From assembly GCA_037445875.1 (NCBI GenBank), contig JBBIJR010000002.1, forward strand, positions 4,336 through 68,335: DNA of 64,000 bases, read 5' to 3'. The first letter of the stretch is position 1, and the number at the start of each line of letters is the position of its first letter. Both the position numbers and the translations under genes were made by a program. Origin of the DNA: Bacteroidota bacterium. Lineage in GTDB: Bacteria; CLD3; SB21. Positions 9,876-21,267 of the stretch are shown here, in pieces. A model generated the notes under the pieces. It was not told the origin of the DNA, made no database searches, and worked only from the letters and a program-made list of their open reading frames with translations.

Positions 9876-11234
9876 CTATCCTCCCCCGCCTTTCCGGTCG
9901 CCCACCGGCAGCTGGAACTGCAAACCGACGAACGGTGTGACGTACTTGGTTGCTTTGACCTTACCGCTCTCTTTTCTTGCGAACGTCCACTTGTAGTCCA
10001 CGCCGGTCAGGAGGAAGGGATACAGTTTGTATGCTACGAGAACGTGCGCAAGAGACCGTTCATCCAGCTTGAACGCATCCCCGAGATCGTCCAGGTAGCC
10101 CTTGTCGTACGCTCCGTTGATGACGACGCGCGGTATCAACTCAGGTGCGTACATCCCGAGGTGGATGAACGCTCCGTTCGTTTTCTTGAGCTTGTCCGGA
10201 ATGTTGATTCCACCGATGATCTGCACTTTGTTGATCACGTTGCCGTAGATCTCGCCGTACGTCCCCTGCACACCCTCAGTGCCGATAAGCGAGTAGGCCT
10301 TGGCGTCCTTGTCGATCTCATACACGGCGTCGAAGTACTGCGGGACAAAATGATCGCTGTAGAAACGGCGCTCGACCTTCATGCCCATGTTGAACACGTC
10401 GGCGATGAAGTTGAATTTGAACAGCACGCCGAGTCCAAGGCCCTGGCCCGCTTTGTAACCGAGGTCCGCAACATCGGCCGAGTCGTCTACGTCGTTGTTC
10501 TTCAGAATCCGGGCATATTCGATGTACGGCAGAATCTGCAGCATCTTTGTTTCCAGTACCGTTACCCCGATATCGGCCCCGACTTCGGTGACCCCCTGGA
10601 CGCGCGGGTTCTTATCGCCGTCCGTGATATAGGTTACTCCGATTTCTGTCGTCTTCAGGACGGGAATGTCGCTCGTTTTGAGCGGCCGGGCATACGGGCG
10701 TACGCCGAAAATGTTGAATCCGTCAAAATCGCTATAGATGCCTTCCAAACCGAAGCGTTGATCGTAGTTTAGATCATAGTTGACGCCGATCTTGCGTTGC
10801 TCGAAACTGACCGCGTTCGTGTAGTTATACATGATCAATCCGTAGCCGAGATACGCCCCGGTGAGGTCTCCGACGCGCACGTAGACGGGGTCCTTGTGCT
10901 TGACGCCGTATCGCAGATAGCGGACGATCCGGAGAGGACCCACGCCGTGCTCGTACTCCTCGGTCCGGAGTTCGCCGTTGTCGGTATTGAACAGCAGCGG
11001 GATGTCCAGCCCCAGGCCGAACTTGCCGAACGCCAGCTCAGGCTGAAGGCGCATACTGATAAAATTTTGATCGCCGATGCGGGTATAACCGACCGGCATC
11101 GTCATCATGCTGTAGCCCATGCCGTCGCCGGGACCCTGGAACGTGAACCCGTTCGACCCGCCTTCCTCGTCCTGAGCGGACAGACCCAAAGGAATCACCC
11201 ACAGCACAGCCATCATGCGAATAATCCGACGCAT
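9876..11234 (-). CDS. Putative outer-membrane beta-barrel protein
   Basis: Signal peptide MRRIIRMMAVLWVIPLGLSAQ followed by alternating amphipathic Y/G-rich strands. Confidence 0.55.
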   Translation of the reverse strand: MRRIIRMMAVLWVIPLGLSAQDEEGGSNGFTFQGPGDGMGYSMMTMPVGYTRIGDQNFISMRLQPELAFGKFGLGLDIPLLFNTDNGELRTEEYEHGVGPLRIVRYLRYGVKHKDPVYVRVGDLTGAYLGYGLIMYNYTNAVSFEQRKIGVNYDLNYDQRFGLEGIYSDFDGFNIFGVRPYARPLKTSDIPVLKTTEIGVTYITDGDKNPRVQGVTEVGADIGVTVLETKMLQILPYIEYARILKNNDVDDSADVADLGYKAGQGLGLGVLFKFNFIADVFNMGMKVERRFYSDHFVPQYFDAVYEIDKDAKAYSLIGTEGVQGTYGEIYGNVINKVQIIGGINIPDKLKKTNGAFIHLGMYAPELIPRVVINGAYDKGYLDDLGDAFKLDERSLAHVLVAYKLYPFLLTGVDYKWTFARKESGKVKATKYVTPFVGLQFQLPVGDRKGGGG

Positions 11235-11301
11235 AAAACCTCCTTTGAAGTGACAGACTGGCATACATTACGCTCTGATTGCAACACGTAAACTGTCGCG
11301 T

Positions 11302-11688
11302 TCACATCCAGAACGCGTTCTCGATATGACGAATCTCCGGTCCCTCCATGCGCAGGCGAACGGTCACGAGGTCGAACCGGCAGTCTATGTCGTGGATCTG
11401 CTCGTGTCCGAGATAGTGGTTGGCGCATGCGCGCATGAACGCCTGTTTGCGGGGCGTCAGCCAGCTCTCGGGTTCGCCGAAGGCAGGCTCTTCCCGTTCG
11501 GTGAGATCGACCGTTTTCACCTCGACGAACACGAGGACGTCCCCGTGCCACGCCACGATGTCCATTTCCCCGTTGCGGAATTTGTACCTTCGCCGCAGGA
11601 TTTCGTACCCCTTCTCCGCGAGGTGTTCGGCAGCCAGCCTTTCACCCTCCTCGCCGATCTTTTTAGCACGAGCCGACTTCGAAATCAC
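11302..11688 (-). CDS. YraN family (UPF0102) endonuclease-like protein
   Basis: AEHLAEKGYEIL...RNGEMDIVAW...LVFVEVKT characteristic of UPF0102/YraN. Confidence 0.8.
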   Translation of the reverse strand: MISKSARAKKIGEEGERLAAEHLAEKGYEILRRRYKFRNGEMDIVAWHGDVLVFVEVKTVDLTEREEPAFGEPESWLTPRKQAFMRACANHYLGHEQIHDIDCRFDLVTVRLRMEGPEIRHIENAFWM

Positions 11689-13160
11689 AACGCCTCCAGT
11701 AGCGAGCAGATGCGGTCTTCGAGTTGCTTGATCGATTCGTAGTAGTCTTTGGGGAAGTCGTTGGAAAGGATGGAGAACGCGAGCACATCGCCGCCGCGGG
11801 TCGCGATGTAACCGCTCAGACCACTGACGCTCCAGAGGTAGCCGACCTTGAGGCGGCTGCGCTTGGCCGGACCGCCGTTCTTCCGGAATCGTTTGCGCTC
11901 ACTCCCGTCCACACCGGCGATGGAAAGAGAAGCAACGAACTCCGGTCCCACCTCCGGATGCCGGTACATGTATTCGAGCAGCCTGACCTGCGCACGTGCG
12001 CTCATCTTGTTTCGATCGTCGAGACCGGATCCATCCACCATGACGATCTCCGACGGTCGGATGCCCGCGCGTTCCAGGAACGGCGCAACGGCGCGAATGC
12101 CTTTCTCGTCGGTTCCCGGTTCCCCGTACGTCTCGGCGCCGAGGATCATGAGGAGCTGACCGGCGATGAAATTATTGCTCCACTTGTTGACGGCGCTCAC
12201 GATATAGGCAAGGTCACAGGAGGATGTTTCGTAAATCCGCCGAACGCCGGCCGGAACCCGACCTTTGGCCACTTCGCCCGCAGCCTGGATGCCGGCACGG
12301 TTGAGCGCATCGCGTATGGCGAGTCCGGCGAAAAGCGCCGGATCGTCGACGCGTTTGTACAGAAATATCTCGTCCTCGTGGACCGCGACGGTGCCGCCCA
12401 CGCGGAGCGTGATTCGGTCGCCGCTGTAACTTGCCGAAACGGTGTTGTGGTCCACAGAGGAACCGGACGCCGAATCGACGGTCTTGACCGTGTTGACGAC
12501 CGTAAGGATATCCAGCGCCGGTTCAACAAAGACGTTGGCCAGATCGCCCATTTTTTTGCCCGGCTGAACGTAGATCGCTACGCTGTTGAAGTTGTAGCTG
12601 ACAGCGCCGCCGATGGCCGAATAGGCGCGGTCGTTCCGGATGGCGTTGGGCGTGTCCTGGAGGTAGGAGTCGTCCACCACGAGCCGGCCGCGAATCTCCC
12701 GGATGCCCGACGCGTGCAGGTGATAAGCCGTTCGGAGCAGCACTTCGGTGACAAAATACGGATCGCCGAATCCTTTCACGTACAGATCGCCTTTTACCGC
12801 ACCGCTGTCGACGTCGCCATCGGTCAGGAACGATGTCTTGAACCGGTGAGCCGGTCCCCAGCGGTCGAGAGCGGCGGCCGTTGTCACCAGCTTGAGGCAG
12901 GAAGCCGTACTCAGCAGGGTATCGGCGTTCTTTTCGTACAGCGTTTCGCCCGTGGTCATCGAGCGAACGATGAAGCCGACGCGCGACTGGCGGAACAGAC
13001 GCTGAGAGAAAACCCCGTCGAGCGCGGTACGCAAAGAATCGAGCGCAGCCCGGCGGTAGCCGACCTGCGCATGGACAGCGGACGACGGCGCGGTCCACCA
13101 CCAGACCGCCGTGAGACAAACGGCCACGTTAATCCAGCTGGAAGATCGTGGCGGGATCAT
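11685..13160 (-). CDS. dacB: D-alanyl-D-alanine carboxypeptidase/endopeptidase, PBP4 family (peptidase S13)
   Basis: Signal peptide then STASCLKLVTTAAAL (SxxK), KGFGDP motif; 4-bp overlap with yraN. Confidence 0.75.
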   Translation of the reverse strand: MIPPRSSSWINVAVCLTAVWWWTAPSSAVHAQVGYRRAALDSLRTALDGVFSQRLFRQSRVGFIVRSMTTGETLYEKNADTLLSTASCLKLVTTAAALDRWGPAHRFKTSFLTDGDVDSGAVKGDLYVKGFGDPYFVTEVLLRTAYHLHASGIREIRGRLVVDDSYLQDTPNAIRNDRAYSAIGGAVSYNFNSVAIYVQPGKKMGDLANVFVEPALDILTVVNTVKTVDSASGSSVDHNTVSASYSGDRITLRVGGTVAVHEDEIFLYKRVDDPALFAGLAIRDALNRAGIQAAGEVAKGRVPAGVRRIYETSSCDLAYIVSAVNKWSNNFIAGQLLMILGAETYGEPGTDEKGIRAVAPFLERAGIRPSEIVMVDGSGLDDRNKMSARAQVRLLEYMYRHPEVGPEFVASLSIAGVDGSERKRFRKNGGPAKRSRLKVGYLWSVSGLSGYIATRGGDVLAFSILSNDFPKDYYESIKQLEDRICSLLEAL

Positions 13161-13602
13161 CTTCGTGCCGAACTTCGTCCACCGGGTCTTTCTTGCCCTT
13201 TCCGGCAAAAAGGCGGTTCGGGGCATTGATGACAAGACCGTGTTTCGCGCCCACGTTCCTGTACGCATGCACGACGCCCGGCGGAATGAGCACGGACATG
13301 GGACGATCTTCACCTACAAAAAGGACCATTCGATTCCTGTAGGTGGGCGAGTTTTTCCGGTTGTCCCAGAGATAGACCTTGAAATTCGACGGTCCGATGA
13401 ATCCAAACAGGTCCGTCTGTTCCACATGCTCATGCGGGCCGCGGGCGACACCGGGATTCGACTGGGACACGTAGGTCATAACGGGGAAGTTCTTTTCCTC
13501 CAACTCGTCCTCGCGGAAGATTTCCGTGAGCCATCCGCGCTCATCGACGAACTTCCGAAGCTCCTTCACGACCACTCCTTCGATCGGGCCCTTTTTGAAC
13601 AT
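13129..13602 (-). CDS. RmlC-like cupin (dTDP-4-dehydrorhamnose 3,5-epimerase family)
   Basis: 157 aa; cupin-like VARGPHEH...VVHAYRNVG; overlaps dacB start. Confidence 0.55.
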   Translation of the reverse strand: MFKKGPIEGVVVKELRKFVDERGWLTEIFREDELEEKNFPVMTYVSQSNPGVARGPHEHVEQTDLFGFIGPSNFKVYLWDNRKNSPTYRNRMVLFVGEDRPMSVLIPPGVVHAYRNVGAKHGLVINAPNRLFAGKGKKDPVDEVRHEDDPATIFQLD

Positions 13603-13605
13603 GCG

Positions 13606-13983
13606 TTACTCCTGCTTTTCCTTGTCCTTCCTGGGGATGACCTGATAGACCTGTTCGCCTTCGCGGACCATGCGGTACTTCTCGCGGGCAACCTTCTCGA
13701 TATACGAAATATCGTTCTTCAGGCGCTCGCGATTTCGAATCAGCGCTTCCTGTTCTTTTTTCAGCCGTTCGATTTCCTGCTCCAGTTCGGCCTTCTCCCG
13801 ATTGAGCCGGTAGATCTGGAACGCGCCGTAGTTGCCGGTGACAAGCGTGAGCACGGCGAGGCCGATCACGGACCAGAACAGGATGCGGCGCCGCTTGCGC
13901 TTGCGGAGGGCCGCTTCCGTGTTGTCCGAACTTTCGGCCATGTCGAACACCGGCGGTTTCCCGGTCGGTTCGCTTTGACTCAT
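13606..13983 (-). CDS. ftsB: Septum formation initiator FtsB/DivIC family
   Basis: Single TM followed by coiled coil REKAELEQEIERLKKEQEALIRNRERLKNDISYIEKVAREKY; start MSQSEP located 9 nt downstream of the eno stop. Confidence 0.7.
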   Translation of the reverse strand: MSQSEPTGKPPVFDMAESSDNTEAALRKRKRRRILFWSVIGLAVLTLVTGNYGAFQIYRLNREKAELEQEIERLKKEQEALIRNRERLKNDISYIEKVAREKYRMVREGEQVYQVIPRKDKEKQE

Positions 13984-13991
13984 CGTCCGCT

Positions 13992-16281
<2,290 letters not shown>

Positions 16282-17231
16282 CGGTGAAGGGTCTTGCGCG
16301 CCCGTTCTGTCGTGTTTTTCATCGGGCCAATGTAACGGTTTGGGGTTTGCAAATCAAATGGATATTGGGCGGGTCATCACGCGGCCTCTGCGAGTGTCTA
16401 TTTCTGGAGAAAAAGCACCTGTTCGGCGCCACTTTCTTTTGACGCAAAAGACCTTATGTTTAGCAGGTTGTTGAAAAAGTCCCAAAAAATATTAAAAATA
16501 TTTTTTCACGTGTGCTGAAGGCAGTCATTTGTGTATTATCTTAGTAAGAATAACTCATGAAGTTCGAGGTTTCTGTGTCGAATCGACCATCTGATAAAAC
16601 ACCATCAACCCTACCAACTGGGTATGGTGGGCTAATACCGATAAACAACGAAGGAACCTGTAACGATACCTCATAGCAGACAGACCGCTTCTTGCTTTCT
16701 GCCGCGCCCTTGAGGTGACGGCTTGCCAAAAGACTGCGGGTCTGCCCTGTAAAACATGACCAAAGTAATGCTGCATCCCACAAGTGTGGATGACCGCTGA
16801 TAAAAGAATGTCATTACAGAAAATGCTCAAAGAAGAAAAGACCTACTTGCCGGCTTGACTTCTAACATAAAAGAAAGAACCAAAGAAAACAGCGGCTGTC
16901 GGAAAAACGCCGGAACCAGAGTTCGCTTGATGGTTGCGGAAAACAGTTATTCATCGGATACGCCTTCCGTTTTTGCACCGCTTGATCACGTTTTCCGCTG
17001 ATACTGGGGCGCAAACTCTGGTTCTGTTTCGGCGCTTTTCCCAAGGCCGCGAAGATGACTGTTCCCCTGCGACTTGCGGAGAATATCCTCCAAACTGCCT
17101 ATTCAATGGTCCGGCGGTTGTCCGCGACAACTTCAATCGTTTTCTTATGCTTATCTACGGGGGCGTAGGCGGTCTTCGGTCCAGAACAATAGCCTCCAAA
17201 CCGTCCGTGCGCACAGAACTGCGCGGCCCGG

Positions 17232-18314
17232 TCACCGTTCGAAGAACCGGTAGTAAAGGTCCTGCTGGCCTTCGGGCCCTTGCACCCACACGCCGAGGTA
17301 TACTCCGGGCGTGGGCGTCGCGGCGATGCGATGCGAGTAACCGGGCGGAAGTTCCGAAACCACCGACAGCCCGGCGGGGAACAGGTGTGCTTCTTCGAGA
17401 GGCAGTTCCACAACCTCCGCGACACCCGAACGCGTGGAAAGCCAGACCAGCCGCCGCGTGCCGTCATGACCGGCATAGAGGAAAGGAAATACGTTGACGA
17501 CGAGGCCCGTGTCGCTGGTGATCCGGACCGGCAAGGTCCAGTTCATGCCGTCGGTCGAAGACGAATAGAACAGGTGGGATCGCGGTGGTGGGCTCTCCCA
17601 CGGATTGGGCCGGGTGGTGTCGTGGCGCACCCAGACGAGCCGGACGGAATCGTCGATGAACGAGGCGAACGGTAGGTGATCGTGCAGCGTGTCGCTGTTG
17701 ACAGTCACCGGAACGGCGGCGGTCCAGACGGGATTGCCTGGCGCGCGTTTGGAGACATAGATCTGGTTGGTCGGATTGGCCGGGTTTCGGTACAGGCTGA
17801 CGAAGTACACGAGCAGCGTTCCGTCCGGGAGGCTCGCGATCGTGGGGACCCAATCGTCCACGTCCGGCACGGCGGTCACCGCGACCTCGGATGTCGTGTC
17901 CCACGCGATGCCGTCGGACGAACTATTATACCAAATGTGGCCGCGGTAGAAGGCCTCCCAGCGGAACCACACGAGGTGGAACGTGCCGGTCTCATCCTGG
18001 AGCAAATTCGGGTAGAAGTCCCCGCCCGGATGGCTCGTAATGCGGACAGGATCGATCCACGACGAGTCGTTGTCCGTGCGGGTGAGATAAATGTCCGGAT
18101 TGCCGCCGCGGTCGGAGAACCACGCCGTGTACAGGCGGCGGTCCAGTGCGAGGAGGACGCTCGGGTCCTCGTCTTTCGTCGGACTGTCCACGGACAGCAG
18201 CCTCGGTTCCGTCGCTCTGAACCGGAAGCCATCGGGCCGATCGTCGCAACCCGCCGCGATCCAGCCGATGAACAGGGCAGCGTACACCGCTCCCCTGCAC
18301 GATGGGTTATACAT
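17232..18314 (-). CDS. BNR/sialidase-like repeat lipoprotein
   Basis: Lipobox IAAGC; BNR-like repeats SSDGIAW, STDGMNW. Confidence 0.6.
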   Translation of the reverse strand: MYNPSCRGAVYAALFIGWIAAGCDDRPDGFRFRATEPRLLSVDSPTKDEDPSVLLALDRRLYTAWFSDRGGNPDIYLTRTDNDSSWIDPVRITSHPGGDFYPNLLQDETGTFHLVWFRWEAFYRGHIWYNSSSDGIAWDTTSEVAVTAVPDVDDWVPTIASLPDGTLLVYFVSLYRNPANPTNQIYVSKRAPGNPVWTAAVPVTVNSDTLHDHLPFASFIDDSVRLVWVRHDTTRPNPWESPPPRSHLFYSSSTDGMNWTLPVRITSDTGLVVNVFPFLYAGHDGTRRLVWLSTRSGVAEVVELPLEEAHLFPAGLSVVSELPPGYSHRIAATPTPGVYLGVWVQGPEGQQDLYYRFFER

Positions 18315-18371
18315 CGGGTCATTCCTGCTTGAGAATCGAGTCGTGCCGGGAATTGCCGGCGTTTCGGATCG

Positions 18372-18815
18372 TCAGAACACGTTCTCCACGATCACGCCGA
18401 AGCCGGGCAGCAACTTCGAGCGGACGGGTCCGGCCTGATGCACGCGGGCCCACGAGGTGAACTCGCGGCCGTTGTTCACCAGCACCTCGATCGTTTTCTC
18501 CAGTCCGTCCACGATCCAGAGTTCCCTGACGCCCGCGGCCTCGTAGGCTTCGCGTTTCGGTTTGAGTTCGTGGTAGTCCTGCACCTCCGTGAGGATTTCC
18601 ATGACGAGGTCGGGCACGCCGAAGATCCGGTCGCGGATGATGCTGCGGTTGGCGTGGGCGATGTAGAAAAGGTCCGGCTGCCGCACTTCCCCTTCGGACA
18701 GGTGCACGTCGAGCGGGGCGTCGAAGACTTCCCCGAGGCGGTTGGTCTCCACGAACCGGATCAGTTCGAACTCCATTCGCCGCGACAGCTTCTGATGATT
18801 GACGTTGGGTGACAT
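18372..18815 (-). CDS. Uma2 family (DUF820) putative restriction-endonuclease-like protein
   Basis: 147 aa; PDLFYI...ELWIVD pattern of the Uma2/PD-(D/E)xK-like fold. Confidence 0.7.
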   Translation of the reverse strand: MSPNVNHQKLSRRMEFELIRFVETNRLGEVFDAPLDVHLSEGEVRQPDLFYIAHANRSIIRDRIFGVPDLVMEILTEVQDYHELKPKREAYEAAGVRELWIVDGLEKTIEVLVNNGREFTSWARVHQAGPVRSKLLPGFGVIVENVF

Positions 18816-19234
18816 AGGCGCCTCCTGACCGCCCTTGCGAGTGACCGGCGGTCAACGAAATATACGCAGAATTTCGGAGAAATGCGTCAAGGGGTTAGAC
18901 TTCGCTGCCGAGCCGCAGGTATTCTAGGATTATCTTGACGTCGGATACCGTAACCTGCTGTTTTCACGCGGCGTGGAGGAGATACAGGCGGCCGCGGACA
19001 CGTACCGCTGGCCCGGCGTGCCCACTCCAAATGCAGATCCATGCATCCATTTTCCGGTTTTTTCTCGGACGGCTTATGCATTTTCGAGAGGACGCGGCTC
19101 TTATGGGTAGTTGCCTGGCGTGCAGGGACGGCGTATATTGATGATGAAGGGCCGAATGAAAACATGGTGCAGGTATGGTCGGCATATGCAAGCTGGTCTT
19201 GCGTTCCTTATCCGGTGATCATTACCTTGGCACT

Positions 19235-19462
19235 ATGAGCGATTCACCTGTTAAAAAAGCAATTCTAGAGAAACTCGATTCCCTCTCAGATGCTGAGCAA
19301 AAGCAACTCCTGGAATTCGCGAAATCTCTTCACAGACTACCGGCGCCTTCCCACGCTGACGATGTGAAGGACTTCTTTGGCTCAATTGGAAGAGATGACG
19401 CTGTGTTGATGAAGAAGGCAATCGAGGAGGTTTGTGAATCCGTAGATTCCCGTGAATGGTAG
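19235..19462 (+). CDS. Type II antitoxin (VapB-like)
   Basis: 75-aa ORF ending 10 nt into vapC; GC much lower than the flanks. Confidence 0.6.
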   Translation: MSDSPVKKAILEKLDSLSDAEQKQLLEFAKSLHRLPAPSHADDVKDFFGSIGRDDAVLMKKAIEEVCESVDSREW

Positions 19463-19841
19463 CCTGCTCTTAGATACCAATATTGTCATAGATCTGCTGG
19501 CAAACGAAGGCTCGGTGGTCGATCGTTTTCCGCGGGACATGGGTTTCTATATTCCCAGCATCGTTGTTGGGGAACTCTATTTTGGGGCTTATTATTCCGG
19601 ACGCATTGAGTCTAATCCTGAGCGAATTGATGCATTTCTTGAAAAAGCAACTGTGCTTGCCGCTGATCGCCTGACCGCGAGTCATTATGCATCTATTCGC
19701 AGGCTACTTCGCCAAAAGGGAAAGCCAATTCCTGAAAATGACGTGTGGATAGCTGCTCTAGCTCAGCAACACGACCTGAAAGTAGCAACTCGAGACAGTC
19801 ATTTCACTTTGATCGATGGTCTCAAGGTTGAGTTCTCCTAG
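19452..19841 (+). CDS. vapC: PIN-domain toxin VapC
   Basis: LLLDTNIVIDLL...VVGELYFGA...DVWIAALA...ATRDSHF; PIN acidic residues present. Confidence 0.85.
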   Translation: MNGSLLLDTNIVIDLLANEGSVVDRFPRDMGFYIPSIVVGELYFGAYYSGRIESNPERIDAFLEKATVLAADRLTASHYASIRRLLRQKGKPIPENDVWIAALAQQHDLKVATRDSHFTLIDGLKVEFS

Positions 19842-20027
19842 ACGTGTGGCAAGACCAGCCTGCATACAATCTCCTGGAAAAGTTCGAGAATAAAAGAAGC
19901 TCTCCGTTGCCGCGGATGTCAGGGCTGTCTTCTTGAACTGAGGATGGCGTCATATGAAATTCGCCCCGACGCCGGGATGCTCCAGGCTCCCATTTTGGAC
20001 AGGCGTTCAAATTGGGAGCATGTAGAC

Positions 20028-20160
20028 ATCCGGGAACTGTTTTCCGCCTCCAGGCAGCGAACGCGGGTTCCAGGCGTTTTTTCCACAGCCTTGACTTTTC
20101 TTTGGTTCTTTCGGAGCCAGGCCACGACCGAAGGTCGGGGGGTCAAGCCAAAGAAAGAAC
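20028..20160. repeat. Dispersed hairpin repeat: family-1 copy (reverse orientation) fused to a family-2 hairpin
   Basis: Reverse complement matches 16863-16950 (…gaaagaaccaaagaaaa..ggctgtggaaaaaacgcc.ggaacc…gcggaaaacagtt); contains ccacgaccgaaggtcgggg hairpin also found at 30862 and 37299. Confidence 0.7.
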
Positions 20161-20189
20161 ACTCAATCCTCTGATGACCGTACTCGCGG

Positions 20190-20945
20190 ATCGCGTCGAC
20201 CGCGGTTCGGCGCCAATACCAACTCCACCGATGGCGCCGGTATCATGGCTCGACTCCGCTCGCCATGAAACCGTTGGCCCGCTTCGAAGACCTTTTCGAC
20301 AGCGTCGTTGAGTCTTCTTTCTCTTGGCAACGCGCCAAGAGAAAGAAGCAAAGAGAAGCGCTGGGCGCCGAAACATCTATTCCTAAGCTCCTATCCATCG
20401 CGCATCTGCTTGCGACCACGTGGGATGTGTCTTCCACTTCGCGAGAACGCCTTGACCGCGTTTCGGCGCCAATACCAACTCCACCAGCCTTCGGCTGGCG
20501 ACGTTTTTCTCAAGGCCACATACAAAGCCGAGTTTTCCGTCTTTCAAATGCCCTTGGGAAAAATGCCGGCGCATTCGAAGCCATGCGAGCGACAGGATAA
20601 GAGCGCAAAACGCGGAACAGCCGTCCGTCCACCGGCGTACAAAGACAACGACCAGGTGTGTTCGACTGCGAAACGTCATAACGGTAGAGCGTGTTTTGCG
20701 CCACCATCAGCGCGAGCGTGGCTTCCCGGCATTTTTCACAGGGCTGCCCTTTTCTTGGTCCTTTCTTTTGGGCAAGCAAAAGAAAGGACACATCGGCAGC
20801 ATCGCTGGATATGAGAACGTTAGTCCGCACTAACGTTCTTTCTCTTGGCAACGCGCCAAGAGAAAGAAGCAAAGCCTGTCAGCCTGTGGCTTCGCGAGAA
20901 CGCCTTGACCGCGTTTCGGCGCCAATACCAACTCCACCACGCTCG
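20190..20945. repeat. Cluster of family-4 repeats (R1 ×3: ccttgaccgcgtttcggcgccaataccaactccacc; R2 ×2: ttctttctcttggcaacgcgccaagagaaagaagcaaag)
   Basis: R1 at ~20195, 20447, 20899; R2 perfect 14-bp-stem palindrome at ~20313 and 20835; irregular spacing; no convincing ORF. Confidence 0.75.
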
Positions 20946-21267
20946 TGTCGAAGGCTTTTTCGAAAGCCTGTTAGACGTCCTGGAGAAGGCGGCGATGTAC
21001 AAACTCGTTTGTTTTCAACCTCTTTTACGTAAAGGATAACCCCCACCCCGTCCTGACTCACTTCATCGTCAGGGAATCGTTCCGGTGCGTCTCCACGGAA
21101 GGCAAAACCGTGATACCGCTGGCGAATCTCCGCCCGCTGCCGTATCTTCAATCGTTAACGAAGGCCCGCAGTGAAAGGCCCTATCATTTCGGGATCCTGA
21201 GCCGCCGGTTCGGCGTCCGACGGGATCCTCCACGTTCTTTCAATCGAATGCGAGGAGGAGTTCGCCT

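Noticed and set aside
9558-10772. 404-aa plus-strand ORF
   Set aside because: Antisense to the signal-peptide beta-barrel gene; low-complexity R/L/V-rich translation typical of GC-rich antisense frames. The same reasoning applies to 2011..2727, 2810..3790, 4783..5631, 5942..7051, 11724..13229, 14178..15329, 15109..16287, 34778..35842, 42539..43603 and 48694..49983.
16282-17231. RNase P RNA, tmRNA, SRP RNA or 6S RNA in the AT-rich island
   Set aside because: Could not find the conserved hallmarks by eye (e.g. GGAAAGUCCGG/ACAGAAACCCGGCUUA for RNase P, tRNA-Ala-like 3' end for tmRNA). Left as unclassified structured region.
20265-20600. 111-aa ORF beginning MKPLARFEDLFDSVVE inside the repeat island
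   Set aside because: Only the first ~17 codons look protein-like; the remainder is a translation through the R2/R1 repeats. Treated as a gene remnant rather than a CDS.
19842-21260. Possible CRISPR array in the repeat island
   Set aside because: Repeats are of several different sequences, with irregular spacing (253, 452, 522 nt) and no uniform repeat-spacer periodicity; no cas genes nearby.
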